DNA from: Solobacterium sp.
GTDB taxonomy: Bacteria > Bacillota_I > Bacilli_A > Erysipelotrichales > Erysipelotrichaceae
Assembly (NCBI GenBank): GCA_024698805.1
Contig: JAILQT010000114.1
Coordinates: 9,437 to 73,436, forward strand
DNA length: 64,000 bases
Reading direction: 5' to 3'
Part shown: positions 38,228-48,392 of the stretch, piece after piece
Layout: each line of letters starts with the position of its first letter
Position numbering within the stretch: position 1 is the first letter of the stretch
Program-made: the position numbers and the translations under genes
The notes under the pieces: model-generated
Database searches by the model: none
Told to the model about the DNA's origin: nothing
The model's input: the letters and a program-made list of their open reading frames with translations, nothing else

Positions 38228-39136
38228 ATGAAGAATTATCTTGTATTTGACTGGGGCGGGACCTATCTGAAATATGCCCTGATGGACGGGGAAACACGCA
38301 TCCTTGAAAAGGGAAAAGTACCTTCCCCGAAAAAGACCGATACGAAAGAAGTGTTTATGAAAACGATCGATGAGATCGTTTCCCGCTGTCCGCAGACAGA
38401 CGGGATCGCGATCTCTTCACCGGGGATCCTGAACAGCGATACAGGCGTGATCGACGTCGTTGCGGTGTTCCCCTATCTCAGCGGCTGCAATATCAGGGAG
38501 GAGTTACAGGAAAGGTATCATGTGCCCGTATCGCTGGAGAATGACGGCAAATGCGCTGCACTTGCGGAACTGTGGAAAGGCAATCTGCAGGGATGCAGGG
38601 ACGGTGCGGTCATGATCATCGGCACGGCCATCGGCGGCGGGATCATCCTTGACGGCAGGCTGAGAAGGGGCAGGCATTACAGCGCCGGCGAATTCTCGGA
38701 AATGTGTTTTGATATCTACCGCCCGGAAAGGAAGGAAAGCTACTGCAGCGCCCTCGGCGCAGCCGGGCTGATCACAAGGGTGGCGGCCGCACTGGGGAAA
38801 GACCCTGCGGAGATGAGCGGGGAAGAAGCCTTTGCCTGCATCAATGAAGGAAATGAAGCTGCGCTGCAGGCACTGCGCGAATATACGGATCTCTTTGCGC
38901 TGCAGATCTGCAGCCTGAATATCCTGCTGGACCTGGAAAAGGTCTGCATCGGCGGCGGCATCTCGCAGCAGCCGGAACTGATCCGCTCCCTGCGTCTCAG
39001 CATGGAAGGACTGAAGGATGTCCAGCTGGATATGAAAAACGGGCTGGAGCTCCCCCTGTGTGAAGTCGACGTATGCAGGTTCCATAACGATGCCAACCTG
39101 ATCGGGGCTTTATATCATCTTATATATGAATCCTGA
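38228..39136 (+). CDS. ROK family sugar kinase
   Basis: FDWGGT, ENDGKCAALAE, GTAIGGG, NDANLIGA. Confidence 0.92.
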   Translation: MKNYLVFDWGGTYLKYALMDGETRILEKGKVPSPKKTDTKEVFMKTIDEIVSRCPQTDGIAISSPGILNSDTGVIDVVAVFPYLSGCNIREELQERYHVPVSLENDGKCAALAELWKGNLQGCRDGAVMIIGTAIGGGIILDGRLRRGRHYSAGEFSEMCFDIYRPERKESYCSALGAAGLITRVAAALGKDPAEMSGEEAFACINEGNEAALQALREYTDLFALQICSLNILLDLEKVCIGGGISQQPELIRSLRLSMEGLKDVQLDMKNGLELPLCEVDVCRFHNDANLIGALYHLIYES

Positions 39137-39560
39137 AAAGATCCTTGTCAGTGCGTGCCTGGCAGGCATACCGTGCCGGTATGACGGGACCGCGCGTACG
39201 GTCCCGCTTCTCGAAGAACTGTACCGGAACGGTCTGGCAGTGCCTGTCTGTCCGGAAACAGCAGGCGGCCTCCCCGTACCGAGGAAGCCGAGCGAGATCC
39301 GGGACGGGAGAGTGTATCACAATGACGGTACGGATGTGACGGATGCCTTTATCCGGGGCTCTGCGGAATGCATGCGCATCTGCACGGAGAACCGCTGCAT
39401 GAAGGCAGTCCTGAAAGCAAAGAGTCCTGCCTGCGGGAAGGGTATCATTTACAGCGGGGATTTCTCCGGGACACTTTGCGAAGGAAACGGCATCTTTGCG
39501 CAGATGCTGGCAGATAACGGCATCGAAGTGATGACGGAGGAGGAAGCGTGCTTAAGATAG
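39126..39560 (+). CDS. DUF523 / 2-thiouracil desulfurase family protein
   Basis: VSACLAG..CRYDG, CPE..GGLPVPR, KAKSPACG. Confidence 0.92.
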   Translation: MNPEKILVSACLAGIPCRYDGTARTVPLLEELYRNGLAVPVCPETAGGLPVPRKPSEIRDGRVYHNDGTDVTDAFIRGSAECMRICTENRCMKAVLKAKSPACGKGIIYSGDFSGTLCEGNGIFAQMLADNGIEVMTEEEACLR

Positions 39561-39913
39561 GATCGATCGTCTGGGGCGTAAAGGATATCGGAAGGGCAGC
39601 GGCGTTCTGGTGCGCAGCCCTGCATTACAGGCTGAAATACCCGCTGTCCGATGACTGGGCGGTGCTGGTGCCGGAGGACGGCAGCGGGATGCAGATGTCG
39701 CTGAGCCTGGTGACCTCCCCGCATGCGCGCAGGCATCACATGGATCTGTTCGCCGATGACCGCGATGCGGAAGTTGAGCGCCTGATCAGCCTCGGCGCAA
39801 AGAGAAAAGAATGGCGTTATGAACCGGATGCGGACTATACTGTACTGACGGACACGGAAGGGAATCCGTTCTGTGTCGTTTCCAAGGGTCCGGAAGATAT
39901 ACATATACAGTAA
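39548..39913 (+). CDS. VOC/glyoxalase family protein
   Basis: AAFWCAAL, RHHMDL, EVERLISLGA, LTDTEGNPFCVV. Confidence 0.88.
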   Translation: MLKIGSIVWGVKDIGRAAAFWCAALHYRLKYPLSDDWAVLVPEDGSGMQMSLSLVTSPHARRHHMDLFADDRDAEVERLISLGAKRKEWRYEPDADYTVLTDTEGNPFCVVSKGPEDIHIQ

Positions 39914-39934
39914 AATGAGAATGTTGAGGTGTTT

Positions 39935-41755
39935 ATGAAAAAAGTATTGCAGAGGATCGTATTTCCCCAGACTGACAAGATCGCATATCACTACGGCCTG
40001 TTTTACAGGGGCGTGCAGTGCGCATATATCGAAGACGGCGATGAAAAAGCCCTGATGCTGGCAGAAGGTACGCTCCTGGATTTCAGCGGTTACCTGAACG
40101 GCTTTGCGCTGAATAAATGGAACCTGTACACAGGTGCGGAAAAGATCTCGCTGAAGCTGCGGCTGAAAGGCGACTGCCGCATCGCGCTGACGGGATATTC
40201 CCTGAATCCGGTCGAGCCGGAACGTGTCTGCTTCAGTGAGAACAGGGTGAAGGCAGAGGAGATCACGGAATTCGAATTCGAATACCCGGTCTGTCAGGAA
40301 GAGATGCTCGCATTTGAGATCACCGCTTTTTCAAGGACGCTCCTGTACGGCGGGACGTTCAGTGCCGAATATGACGAAGGAGCCGTGAAAACAGTCAACC
40401 TGGCGATCGCGACAACGACATGTTTCAAGGAACCCTTCATCAAAGGCAATATCCGGTCGATCCGGAAAGAGCTTCTGGAGAGCGATGAGGAGATCGCGCA
40501 GCATCTGTATGTGAATGTCGTCGACAACGGCCGGACGCTGACACCGGACGAGATCGAATCGGATCATATCCGGCTTTTCCCGAACCCGAATACAGGCGGC
40601 AGCGGCGGCTTTGCCAGGGGCATGATGGAATCCCTGCATATGCAGGAGAACATCACGCATGTCCTCCTGATGGATGACGATGTATTCATCCTGCCGGAGA
40701 GCCTGCACAGGACGTATACGCTGCTGACGCTTCTGAAAGACGAATACAGTGAAGCGTACATCAGCGGCGCGATGCTCGATTACAACAAGATGGACCTGCA
40801 GTATGAGGATGTCGGCTCCGTCAGCCGGGACGGCTCCCTGCTGAAGGCAAAACCGAATTACATCATGACGGATCTTGCGAACGTCCTGAAGAACAACCAT
40901 GAGATCCCGCATCTGGATCATCCGTACGCCGCATGGTGGTACTGCCTGATCCCGAGGCATATGATCGAGAAGAACGGCCTGCCGATGCCTTTCTTCATCC
41001 GCGGCGACGACGTTGAATACGGCGTCAGAAGCCATACGAAGTTCCTGACGATGGGCGGAATCTGCGTATGGCATATGGGCTTTGCGAACAAATACAACGC
41101 CTTCATGGTCATGTACCAGTCGCTCCGCAACCTGATGATCGTGCAGGCTTCCTCCGACGATATCGCGGACTGCGATATCCTTGGCAATGTCAGACTGTGC
41201 TTCTTCGCAAGGCTTGAAGAGCTGGCATATGACGGCGCGGAACTGGTATGCAGGGCGCTGGAAGATTTCCTGAAGGGACCTTCCTTCATCGCTTCCGCCG
41301 ACGGTGAAGCGATCATGAAGGAATACAGGCAGCTCAATGAGAAAATGATCCCCCTGAAGGAGATCGGCGACGTGGAAGTCCGGATCAAAGACGAGTCAAA
41401 GGAAAAGGTATTCCTGCCGCTGGTCAGCAGGGTGAAGATGAAGCTGACGTTCAACGGTCACAACTTCACGCCGGAAAAAGCACTTTCGGATGACATCGGC
41501 GTCATCGACTATGACGGCCAGTATGAAAAGAAGGATATCTTCTTCCGGAAGACGCTGCTCGCTGTGAACCGCTATGAGAATACAGGTGCTTTCCGTCACT
41601 TTGACAAGGCGCGCTACAGGCAGCTGAAAAAGCGTTTCGCGAAAGACATGAAAGAATACCGGGACAGATACGATGAGCTCAGCGCGGCCTACAGGGATGC
41701 GAAGAAGATCTTCGTCACCGAGGAGTTCTGGAAAAAATACCTCGGTCTGGAATAA
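39935..41755 (+). CDS. GT2 glycosyltransferase, GlfT2-like galactofuranosyltransferase
   Basis: VVDNG, NTGGSGGFARG, LMDDD, AWWYC, FFIRGDDVEY, VWH. Confidence 0.85.
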   Translation: MKKVLQRIVFPQTDKIAYHYGLFYRGVQCAYIEDGDEKALMLAEGTLLDFSGYLNGFALNKWNLYTGAEKISLKLRLKGDCRIALTGYSLNPVEPERVCFSENRVKAEEITEFEFEYPVCQEEMLAFEITAFSRTLLYGGTFSAEYDEGAVKTVNLAIATTTCFKEPFIKGNIRSIRKELLESDEEIAQHLYVNVVDNGRTLTPDEIESDHIRLFPNPNTGGSGGFARGMMESLHMQENITHVLLMDDDVFILPESLHRTYTLLTLLKDEYSEAYISGAMLDYNKMDLQYEDVGSVSRDGSLLKAKPNYIMTDLANVLKNNHEIPHLDHPYAAWWYCLIPRHMIEKNGLPMPFFIRGDDVEYGVRSHTKFLTMGGICVWHMGFANKYNAFMVMYQSLRNLMIVQASSDDIADCDILGNVRLCFFARLEELAYDGAELVCRALEDFLKGPSFIASADGEAIMKEYRQLNEKMIPLKEIGDVEVRIKDESKEKVFLPLVSRVKMKLTFNGHNFTPEKALSDDIGVIDYDGQYEKKDIFFRKTLLAVNRYENTGAFRHFDKARYRQLKKRFAKDMKEYRDRYDELSAAYRDAKKIFVTEEFWKKYLGLE

Positions 41756-42073
41756 AGGAAAAAGAATGAATGGGGACGGATACTCCGGGAGACATGGAGA
41801 GATCCGTTCTTTTTTCTGCACAGCGGGGAGAACAGGGTATGCCGTAGGGATACGGATGAAGCAGGGACTATGGAAAAAGGAATGGCGGAAAGACCGTCCC
41901 TGTCACTGTGAAAACCGTCCTGCGGTCCGTTCTTCCTGCATGACAGGAAAGAAAATACGCGGTTTTTGTACTTTATCCTGTATATACATGTATATTTCTT
42001 GTTTTGACAGGCAAAAATGTTTTGAATCGCATGTAAAATTGAAGTATTATATTATTCGTATGGAGATTTAATT

Positions 42074-43435
42074 ATGGATTGGAAAACATTACCTGGATTT
42101 GATGAAAAGTATTCTAAGCTGACGATGAAGCAGCACAACACCTTTGGGGGCAAGGTCATTGAAGTTCTTTACGGAGCGCAGGACGCGGAAGGCAACCCTG
42201 TATATCCTACAGAAGGCACGGGCTACGGCCGCTGGTTCGGCATTGAGAAAAATGGTGAATACCAGATGTTCTCACTGACAAAACCTGCATCCCAGGGCGG
42301 AGAGACAGAGTACGGTACAGAGTATAAAGATGAAGCTCTGGAGATCATGGAAAGTCAGTTAAATAGAAAGAGAGACCTGTGCAAGGAAGCGGAGAGTATT
42401 GTCCGCCGTATCGGCACAAACGCTGAAGAAGAACTCGCTGCACTGCGTGAAGAATGGAACAAGCTCAATGACTGGGGCACACCGAAGGATGAAGAACACG
42501 CTGAACATTTCGAGCGTGTCGTCAGTGAATTCGAAACACGCATCGAGCGTGTCAATGCGATCAAGGCAGCCAAGCAGGCAGTCGTTGATAAGGCAGCTGA
42601 GCTCGTTAATTCCACAGAATGGAAGAAGGCATTCGCTGAATTCCGTGACCTGAGGGAAGAACTGAAAGAACTCGGTTCTGCAGGCAAAGACGCTGATGAC
42701 GGATTCTGGGGCAAGTTCAATGAATATAACCGTGCATTCAACGACAAGCGCAAGGAATTCTTCGCAAACCTCGACGCAATGAACGAAGAGAACAAAGCGA
42801 AGAAGGAAGAGCTGATCGAAAAGGCTAAGGAAACTGCAGCGGAAGTCAAGAACTGGAAAAACGCCGGCGACAAGATGAACGACCTGATGGAAGCCTGGAA
42901 GGCGATCAAGAGCGCAGGCCGCGAGAACGATGAGAAGCTCTGGGGCGAATTCAACGAGATCCGCCGCGGATTCTTCGCCGCAAGAAGGGCGTTCTTCCAG
43001 GAGAGGGATGCACAGCGCAAGGAAAGCATCGACAGGAAATCCACACTGATCGAAGAAGCCAAGAAGATCGCCCAGGAAGGTGATTTCTCCAAGAATGCGA
43101 CAGACCGCATGAAAGACCTTGACAAGGAATGGAGAGAAGCTGGCTATTCCGGCAAGAATGACAATGACCGTCTGTGGGATGAATTCACAGCAGCCAAGGA
43201 TATGTTCTGGGAAGGAAAGCGTTCCGAGAACCAGAAGAGATTCCAGGAGATCATTGACAGGAAGCAGAACACGATCAATGCGATGAAGGAACAGATCAAT
43301 GACCTGCAGATCAGGATGTATGAGACAGACGATTACACAAGGATCAGGGGTTACGAGCGCAGCATCGAAGACAAGAAGGATGCGATCGAGAATCTGCAGA
43401 ACGACATCGAAGATCTGAAAAAGAAATTAGACTGA
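42074..43435 (+). CDS. DUF349 repeat protein
   Basis: Repeats of WK...L..EWK.IG.AG..DE.LW..F......FF. Confidence 0.88.
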   Translation: MDWKTLPGFDEKYSKLTMKQHNTFGGKVIEVLYGAQDAEGNPVYPTEGTGYGRWFGIEKNGEYQMFSLTKPASQGGETEYGTEYKDEALEIMESQLNRKRDLCKEAESIVRRIGTNAEEELAALREEWNKLNDWGTPKDEEHAEHFERVVSEFETRIERVNAIKAAKQAVVDKAAELVNSTEWKKAFAEFRDLREELKELGSAGKDADDGFWGKFNEYNRAFNDKRKEFFANLDAMNEENKAKKEELIEKAKETAAEVKNWKNAGDKMNDLMEAWKAIKSAGRENDEKLWGEFNEIRRGFFAARRAFFQERDAQRKESIDRKSTLIEEAKKIAQEGDFSKNATDRMKDLDKEWREAGYSGKNDNDRLWDEFTAAKDMFWEGKRSENQKRFQEIIDRKQNTINAMKEQINDLQIRMYETDDYTRIRGYERSIEDKKDAIENLQNDIEDLKKKLD

Positions 43436-43440
43436 TCATA

Positions 43441-43466
43441 AAAAGCTCTCAACCGGGAGCTTTTTT
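43441..43466 (+). terminator. intrinsic terminator
   Basis: AAAAGCTCTC-loop-GGGAGCTTTTTT. Confidence 0.8.
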
Positions 43467-43472
43467 CGAGGA

Positions 43473-43913
43473 ATGTATATGAATGGATTTATGTATGTAC
43501 TGGATGCGGCGCTCATCGTCATGCTTGGGATGCTCGCTTATAATTCCCGCAAGGTCGAACTGGAAACAGAAATCAATATGAAATGGGCGATGCCGGTGAT
43601 GTTCCTGCTCGTCGCGGGCCTCAGCTTCTGGCGCTACGAAGGCGCGATGAAGTGGGTTCAGACAGCCTTCCTGATCCTTGCGGCAGGACTGTGCTACACA
43701 CTGAAAACAGGACTTGCGAAAGAAGGCGTCGTCTCCTTCGGCTCGATGCTGAGGTATGAGAAGATGCGGCGCATCTCGCTGTCGAAGCGCGACAGCTGTC
43801 TGTGGATCGAAACGAGATACAGAAAAACATCTGTATCCTTCAAACCGGAACAGATGCCTCAGGTAAGGGCGTATCTGAAAAACAGGGTAAAGCTTACAGG
43901 CTCAGAGAGATAA
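43473..43913 (+). CDS. hypothetical membrane protein
   Basis: Three hydrophobic segments and a basic C-terminal domain; GAGG RBS. Confidence 0.7.
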   Translation: MYMNGFMYVLDAALIVMLGMLAYNSRKVELETEINMKWAMPVMFLLVAGLSFWRYEGAMKWVQTAFLILAAGLCYTLKTGLAKEGVVSFGSMLRYEKMRRISLSKRDSCLWIETRYRKTSVSFKPEQMPQVRAYLKNRVKLTGSER

Positions 43914-45051
43914 GACTCTCTTTGAGCTTTTTTTCTTCGAGCAGGGTAAGGTCGATCACGTCGATCTTCAGCTCCAGCGCCCTGTGCCGGATCGCCGCGT
44001 TGGCATACTGCGTGGTGACGATCGCTGCCCGTGCCATCTCGCCGCCGAAACGGCTGCGCAGTATGGCAAGCTCATTCAGCGCTTCCGTACGGACATCGCT
44101 CGTCTTGCAGGAGATAAAGAACGGCGTTACGCCCTTTGCGGCCATGACGTCGATCTCGTTGCTGACGTCGCTCTTTTCCTTCCAGTCGACGACGACACTG
44201 ACGGATACGTCGCTGAAGACGCCTGTATCCAGGCAGCATTTGTACGTATACAGCTCGAGAACGCTGCCGATATCGCGCAGCCATGTCCGGATCTGGTGAT
44301 CGCCGAAGACAAAGGAGACCGTTTCATCCGTCCAGGAAAGGTCACCGATCATGCCGATGGATTCAAAGGCCTGCAGGGCTTCGATGCTGACTGTCGTCCT
44401 GACGCCCGACCTGGTCTTCAGCATCCTTTCCGCGGATACTTCCAGGGGGATATCTTCCGCATGCGAGGCCCTTGAAGCGCATTGGATCCAGGTGATGATA
44501 TTCACCCACTTTTTCCTGTAGGTCATGTAGATATCAAAGAATTTGTCGATCAGGTCCATGTATCTGTAAAGGATCCGGTTGTCGACGCGTCCCTGCGACA
44601 TGGAGCCGCCTGCCATTTTGAGGAAATCCTCGATACTGTACTGGACAGGGTTCTTATGCTTATCCGCAAACACGGCGTTCTGGATATTATAGAAACAGTT
44701 TGACGTGCGGCTGTATGTGAAGACGGGAACGTCATGGTCCCGGCACAGCAGTCCGGCTGCGAACAGGGCTGCGTCCGTCCCGCCCGAGATATCGAGCGCG
44801 CAGTCTTCATACCTGTTGACGATCGTTTTCAGATAGTTGAGTATTTCCTGGGAATTATACATATCCAGCGAATAGAAACGCGTGCGTATCGGCAGTTCAC
44901 GGTAGCGGAAATAGGCGTTGATGCGCTGCTTCGCATTCTCCGGGTCTTCATTCTCGCTCAGCAGGAAAATACATCTCTCCGGCAGGAATACCTCGGAGGA
45001 GAGGATGTTTTCCATCGGTCTTTCATCATACAGCTCGATCAGTGTTTTCAT
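43894..45051 (-). CDS. Card1/Can2-like (DUF1887) CARF-domain protein with C-terminal restriction-endonuclease-like domain
   Basis: N-terminal TLIELYDERPMENIL, LDISGGT (CARF TGG-like); GSVLELY, NEIDV...FISCK...ALNEL...FGG. Confidence 0.8.
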   Translation of the reverse strand: MKTLIELYDERPMENILSSEVFLPERCIFLLSENEDPENAKQRINAYFRYRELPIRTRFYSLDMYNSQEILNYLKTIVNRYEDCALDISGGTDAALFAAGLLCRDHDVPVFTYSRTSNCFYNIQNAVFADKHKNPVQYSIEDFLKMAGGSMSQGRVDNRILYRYMDLIDKFFDIYMTYRKKWVNIITWIQCASRASHAEDIPLEVSAERMLKTRSGVRTTVSIEALQAFESIGMIGDLSWTDETVSFVFGDHQIRTWLRDIGSVLELYTYKCCLDTGVFSDVSVSVVVDWKEKSDVSNEIDVMAAKGVTPFFISCKTSDVRTEALNELAILRSRFGGEMARAAIVTTQYANAAIRHRALELKIDVIDLTLLEEKKLKESLISLSL

Positions 45052-45143
45052 AGGCTTCTCCGCATTCATTATATAATCGTTCAGTGCCGGTAAACAGTTA
45101 TTTGTTCCCATGAATTTGGTATACTTGAAGGAGAGGTGAAATT

Positions 45144-46556
45144 ATGGCAGAATTTCCGAATCATTTTTTATGGGGCGCTTCTTCTTCCGCATTCCAGATC
45201 GAAGGCGGCTGGGATGAGGGCGGAAAAGGCATGACCGTAGCCGATTATAATTCATTCAAGAGATCCGACAGACAGGCCGACTCAAAGACTGCGTCTGATT
45301 TCTACCATCACTGGGAAGAGGATATCGACCTGATGGCAGAGCTGGGCATGCAGATCTATCGCTTTTCCCTGTCCTGGGCAAGGATCATCCCCGACGGGGA
45401 CGGCGAGGAGAATCCCGAAGGCATAGCCTTCTACAACAAGGTCATCAACAGGCTGAAAGAAAAGAATATCGAGCCTTTCGTAACGCTGTACCACTTCGAC
45501 CTTCCGTATGCGCTGGTCGAGAAATACAACGGCTGGGAAGACAGGCGCTGCGCATATGCATTTGAAAAATACGCACGCATCTGCTTCCGTGAATACGGGG
45601 ACAGGGTCACATACTGGCAGGTAACCAATGAACAGAACCTGATGATCCGTGTCGATGAGCGCATGAATATCAATGAACCGGACCCGCTTAAGGCAGACCG
45701 GATGCGGGCACAGATGGATTACCATATGTTCCTGGGGCATGCCCTTGTCACAAAGGCATGTCACGAGATCCTGCCGGATGCGAAGATCGGACCTGCAGTC
45801 TCTTCCACATGCACATACCCGCTGACGAATAAGCCGGAGGACGTATGGGCTGCGAAGATGAACGATTACTACAAGACGGTATACTGCCTGGATATGCATT
45901 ATTACGGCAGGTATTCCGGTCTGTATATGCGCTATCTGGAGGAAAGGGACATCGTCCCGAAGATGGAAGAAGGCGATGAAGAGATCCTGAAATACGGCCG
46001 GCCGGACTATATCGCATTCAATTATTACCGCACGCTGTGCGCATCCTGGCTCCCCGCAGACGAAGAGCATCCTGCAGGCATGCGCGTATACCGCGGCAAC
46101 GAGGTCGACTTTGACCAGTACGGATGCTGCAGGGATGAGCGCAACAACAATCTTGAAGCGAGCGAATACGGTGCGCAGATCGACCCGATGGGTCTCCGTA
46201 TCGTACTCAACGACTATTACGCAAGATACCATCTGCCGATGATCATCACGGAGAACGGCCTGGGCATGGCGGATACGCTGACAGAAGACGGCCGCGTCCA
46301 TGACGACTACCGCATCGATTATCTCAGGAAACACATCCAGGCATGCGCCGATGCGATCAAAGACGGCGTCGACCTGATGGGCTATTCACCCTGGTCGTTC
46401 GAAGACCTGCTGTCCTCCCACCAGGGATTCCGGAAGAGATACGGCTTCGTGTATATCAACAGGGAAGACATGGACCTGAAGGATATGGGCCGCATCCGGA
46501 AAGACAGCTTCTACTGGTATCAGAACGTGATCCGCACAAACGGAAAAGAATTATGA
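45144..46556 (+). CDS. GH1 6-phospho-beta-glucosidase
   Basis: FLWGASSSAFQIEG, TNEQ acid/base, ITENG nucleophile, KRYG. Confidence 0.95.
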   Translation: MAEFPNHFLWGASSSAFQIEGGWDEGGKGMTVADYNSFKRSDRQADSKTASDFYHHWEEDIDLMAELGMQIYRFSLSWARIIPDGDGEENPEGIAFYNKVINRLKEKNIEPFVTLYHFDLPYALVEKYNGWEDRRCAYAFEKYARICFREYGDRVTYWQVTNEQNLMIRVDERMNINEPDPLKADRMRAQMDYHMFLGHALVTKACHEILPDAKIGPAVSSTCTYPLTNKPEDVWAAKMNDYYKTVYCLDMHYYGRYSGLYMRYLEERDIVPKMEEGDEEILKYGRPDYIAFNYYRTLCASWLPADEEHPAGMRVYRGNEVDFDQYGCCRDERNNNLEASEYGAQIDPMGLRIVLNDYYARYHLPMIITENGLGMADTLTEDGRVHDDYRIDYLRKHIQACADAIKDGVDLMGYSPWSFEDLLSSHQGFRKRYGFVYINREDMDLKDMGRIRKDSFYWYQNVIRTNGKEL

Positions 46557-47572
46557 GGAAGCGTGCCGTATTAACGGCAGCGCTGTCGCTGGTACTTTCC
46601 GGCTGTACGACGAAGTACGAAAAAAAGGATATCGAAAAATATGTCAGGGATCTGACGGGAAGTATATTTTTCATCGTATCCGATACGCCGGAAGACATCA
46701 CCGGTGAAGACGGGTATACGGATCATCTGTGGACGGTACAGGAACCCGGCGGGATCGAATACAGGGTGCTGGACAATTATTACTGGGGCATGGAAGCGAT
46801 GACGAATTCGCTGTACACCGACCGTGACTATGTACTTGCAAAGCGGTATTTTGAAAGTAAAGGGCACCGGGACCTTGTGCTGGAGGAAACGGTCGATGAA
46901 CGGATGCTGCAGGTGCAGGCTGCCGGTACGTTCACGGACAGGGAAGGACTGCGTCAGCTCACGGATGAAATGAATGAACTCATGCAGGATGCGGAGGAAG
47001 GCATCTCCCTGCGCTGCACGTTCCGTTTCGACCATCCGTCCCGGTATATCGGGGACTATGTGCAGGACGACGGTGATTACCGCGGCGCAGGCAGTGCGGG
47101 TAAGGAGATCTCCTGTCGTGAGGCGGAAGCCTGCTGGCTGCACCAGATCATCGATATGCGCTATGAGGAGCAGCTTGCGGCGTTCACGGAGGAAGAGATC
47201 CGTGCCTGTGTCGAAGGCAATACGAACCAGATAGGCATCGTCAGCGAAGACAGTACCGTTGAATTCCAGCCGGACCTGCTTGCCAGCCGGATGATGTACG
47301 GCATCTCGTTCGGCACATTCCTGGAGCTGCTCAGGCGGACCGGGTATCCCGTTGAAGGAGACAGGAAGCAGTTCACATTCACAGGCACAGACGGAAGTGA
47401 ATATACCTTCAGCGATTCATTCCGGAAAGACGGTGCGTATTATTATCTGAAAGACGGTGAGACCGTCTTTACCGAATACTATTTTTACAATCATCTGGAG
47501 CCGAAGTTCGTCGAAACGATCAGCGGCATCCGCTATCTGGAATACTGGCAGACAAAGGCTGTCGAGAACTGA
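46553..47572 (+). CDS. hypothetical lipoprotein
   Basis: MRKRAVLTAALSLVLSGC lipobox; ATGA overlap with GH1. Confidence 0.8.
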   Translation: MRKRAVLTAALSLVLSGCTTKYEKKDIEKYVRDLTGSIFFIVSDTPEDITGEDGYTDHLWTVQEPGGIEYRVLDNYYWGMEAMTNSLYTDRDYVLAKRYFESKGHRDLVLEETVDERMLQVQAAGTFTDREGLRQLTDEMNELMQDAEEGISLRCTFRFDHPSRYIGDYVQDDGDYRGAGSAGKEISCREAEACWLHQIIDMRYEEQLAAFTEEEIRACVEGNTNQIGIVSEDSTVEFQPDLLASRMMYGISFGTFLELLRRTGYPVEGDRKQFTFTGTDGSEYTFSDSFRKDGAYYYLKDGETVFTEYYFYNHLEPKFVETISGIRYLEYWQTKAVEN

Positions 47573-47594
47573 ACAATCATACAGAGGTGATCCC

Positions 47595-48392
47595 ATGAGA
47601 CTTGCAATGGCGCAGATGTCGATGAAAAACAACATGAATGACAATTACAAAAAATCACTGACATTCATAGAAAAGGCAGCCGGCAGCGATATCCTGCTGT
47701 TCCCGGAACTGCAGCTGACGCCTTTCTTCCCGCAGATCAGCAATCTGAACGTGAAGAATGCCCTAAGCAAGGAAAATGACGCACGCCTGAGCGGGATCGC
47801 TTACCAGGCAAGGAAGTACCATATGCATATCATCCCTTCCGTATATCTGGAAAAATACGGCCTCGCCTACAATGCGGCGCTCTGGTATGACAAGGAAGGG
47901 CAGCTTCTCGATATCGCCAAGCAGGTACATATCCTGGATACCGAGAACGTATTCGAAAAGGAATATTTCCAGCCCTCCGATACCGGCTTCGTCGTGAAGA
48001 ATACGACATACGGGAAGGTCGGTGTCGTCATGGGGATGGACAGGCATTTCCCGGAGAGCATCCGCACATGCGCACTGAAAGGTGCCGACCTGATCCTGAT
48101 CCCGGCAGCGAATACGAGGCAGGAGAATACAGAGATGATCACGGCGGAGATCCGCGTGCAGGCGATGCAGAACGGCGTCTTTATCGCGATGTGCAGCCGT
48201 GTCGGCAAAGAGATCAACATGCAGTTCTGCGGCGAGTCGCTCGTCGTGTCGCCGGCAGGCGAGATCATCCTGAAGGCGGATGAAAAGGAACAGCTTGTCA
48301 GCGTGAATATCGATCTGAAGGAAGCGGCTGCAGTCCGGGAAAGATTCCCGTATCTGCAGAACAGGAGGAAGGAAAAGTATGGAGAACAGTGA
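47595..48392 (+). CDS. carbon-nitrogen hydrolase (nitrilase superfamily) homologue lacking the catalytic Cys
   Basis: FPEL, FQPSDTGF, GVVMGMDRHFPE, GESLVVSP.GE. Confidence 0.85.
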   Translation: MRLAMAQMSMKNNMNDNYKKSLTFIEKAAGSDILLFPELQLTPFFPQISNLNVKNALSKENDARLSGIAYQARKYHMHIIPSVYLEKYGLAYNAALWYDKEGQLLDIAKQVHILDTENVFEKEYFQPSDTGFVVKNTTYGKVGVVMGMDRHFPESIRTCALKGADLILIPAANTRQENTEMITAEIRVQAMQNGVFIAMCSRVGKEINMQFCGESLVVSPAGEIILKADEKEQLVSVNIDLKEAAAVRERFPYLQNRRKEKYGEQ

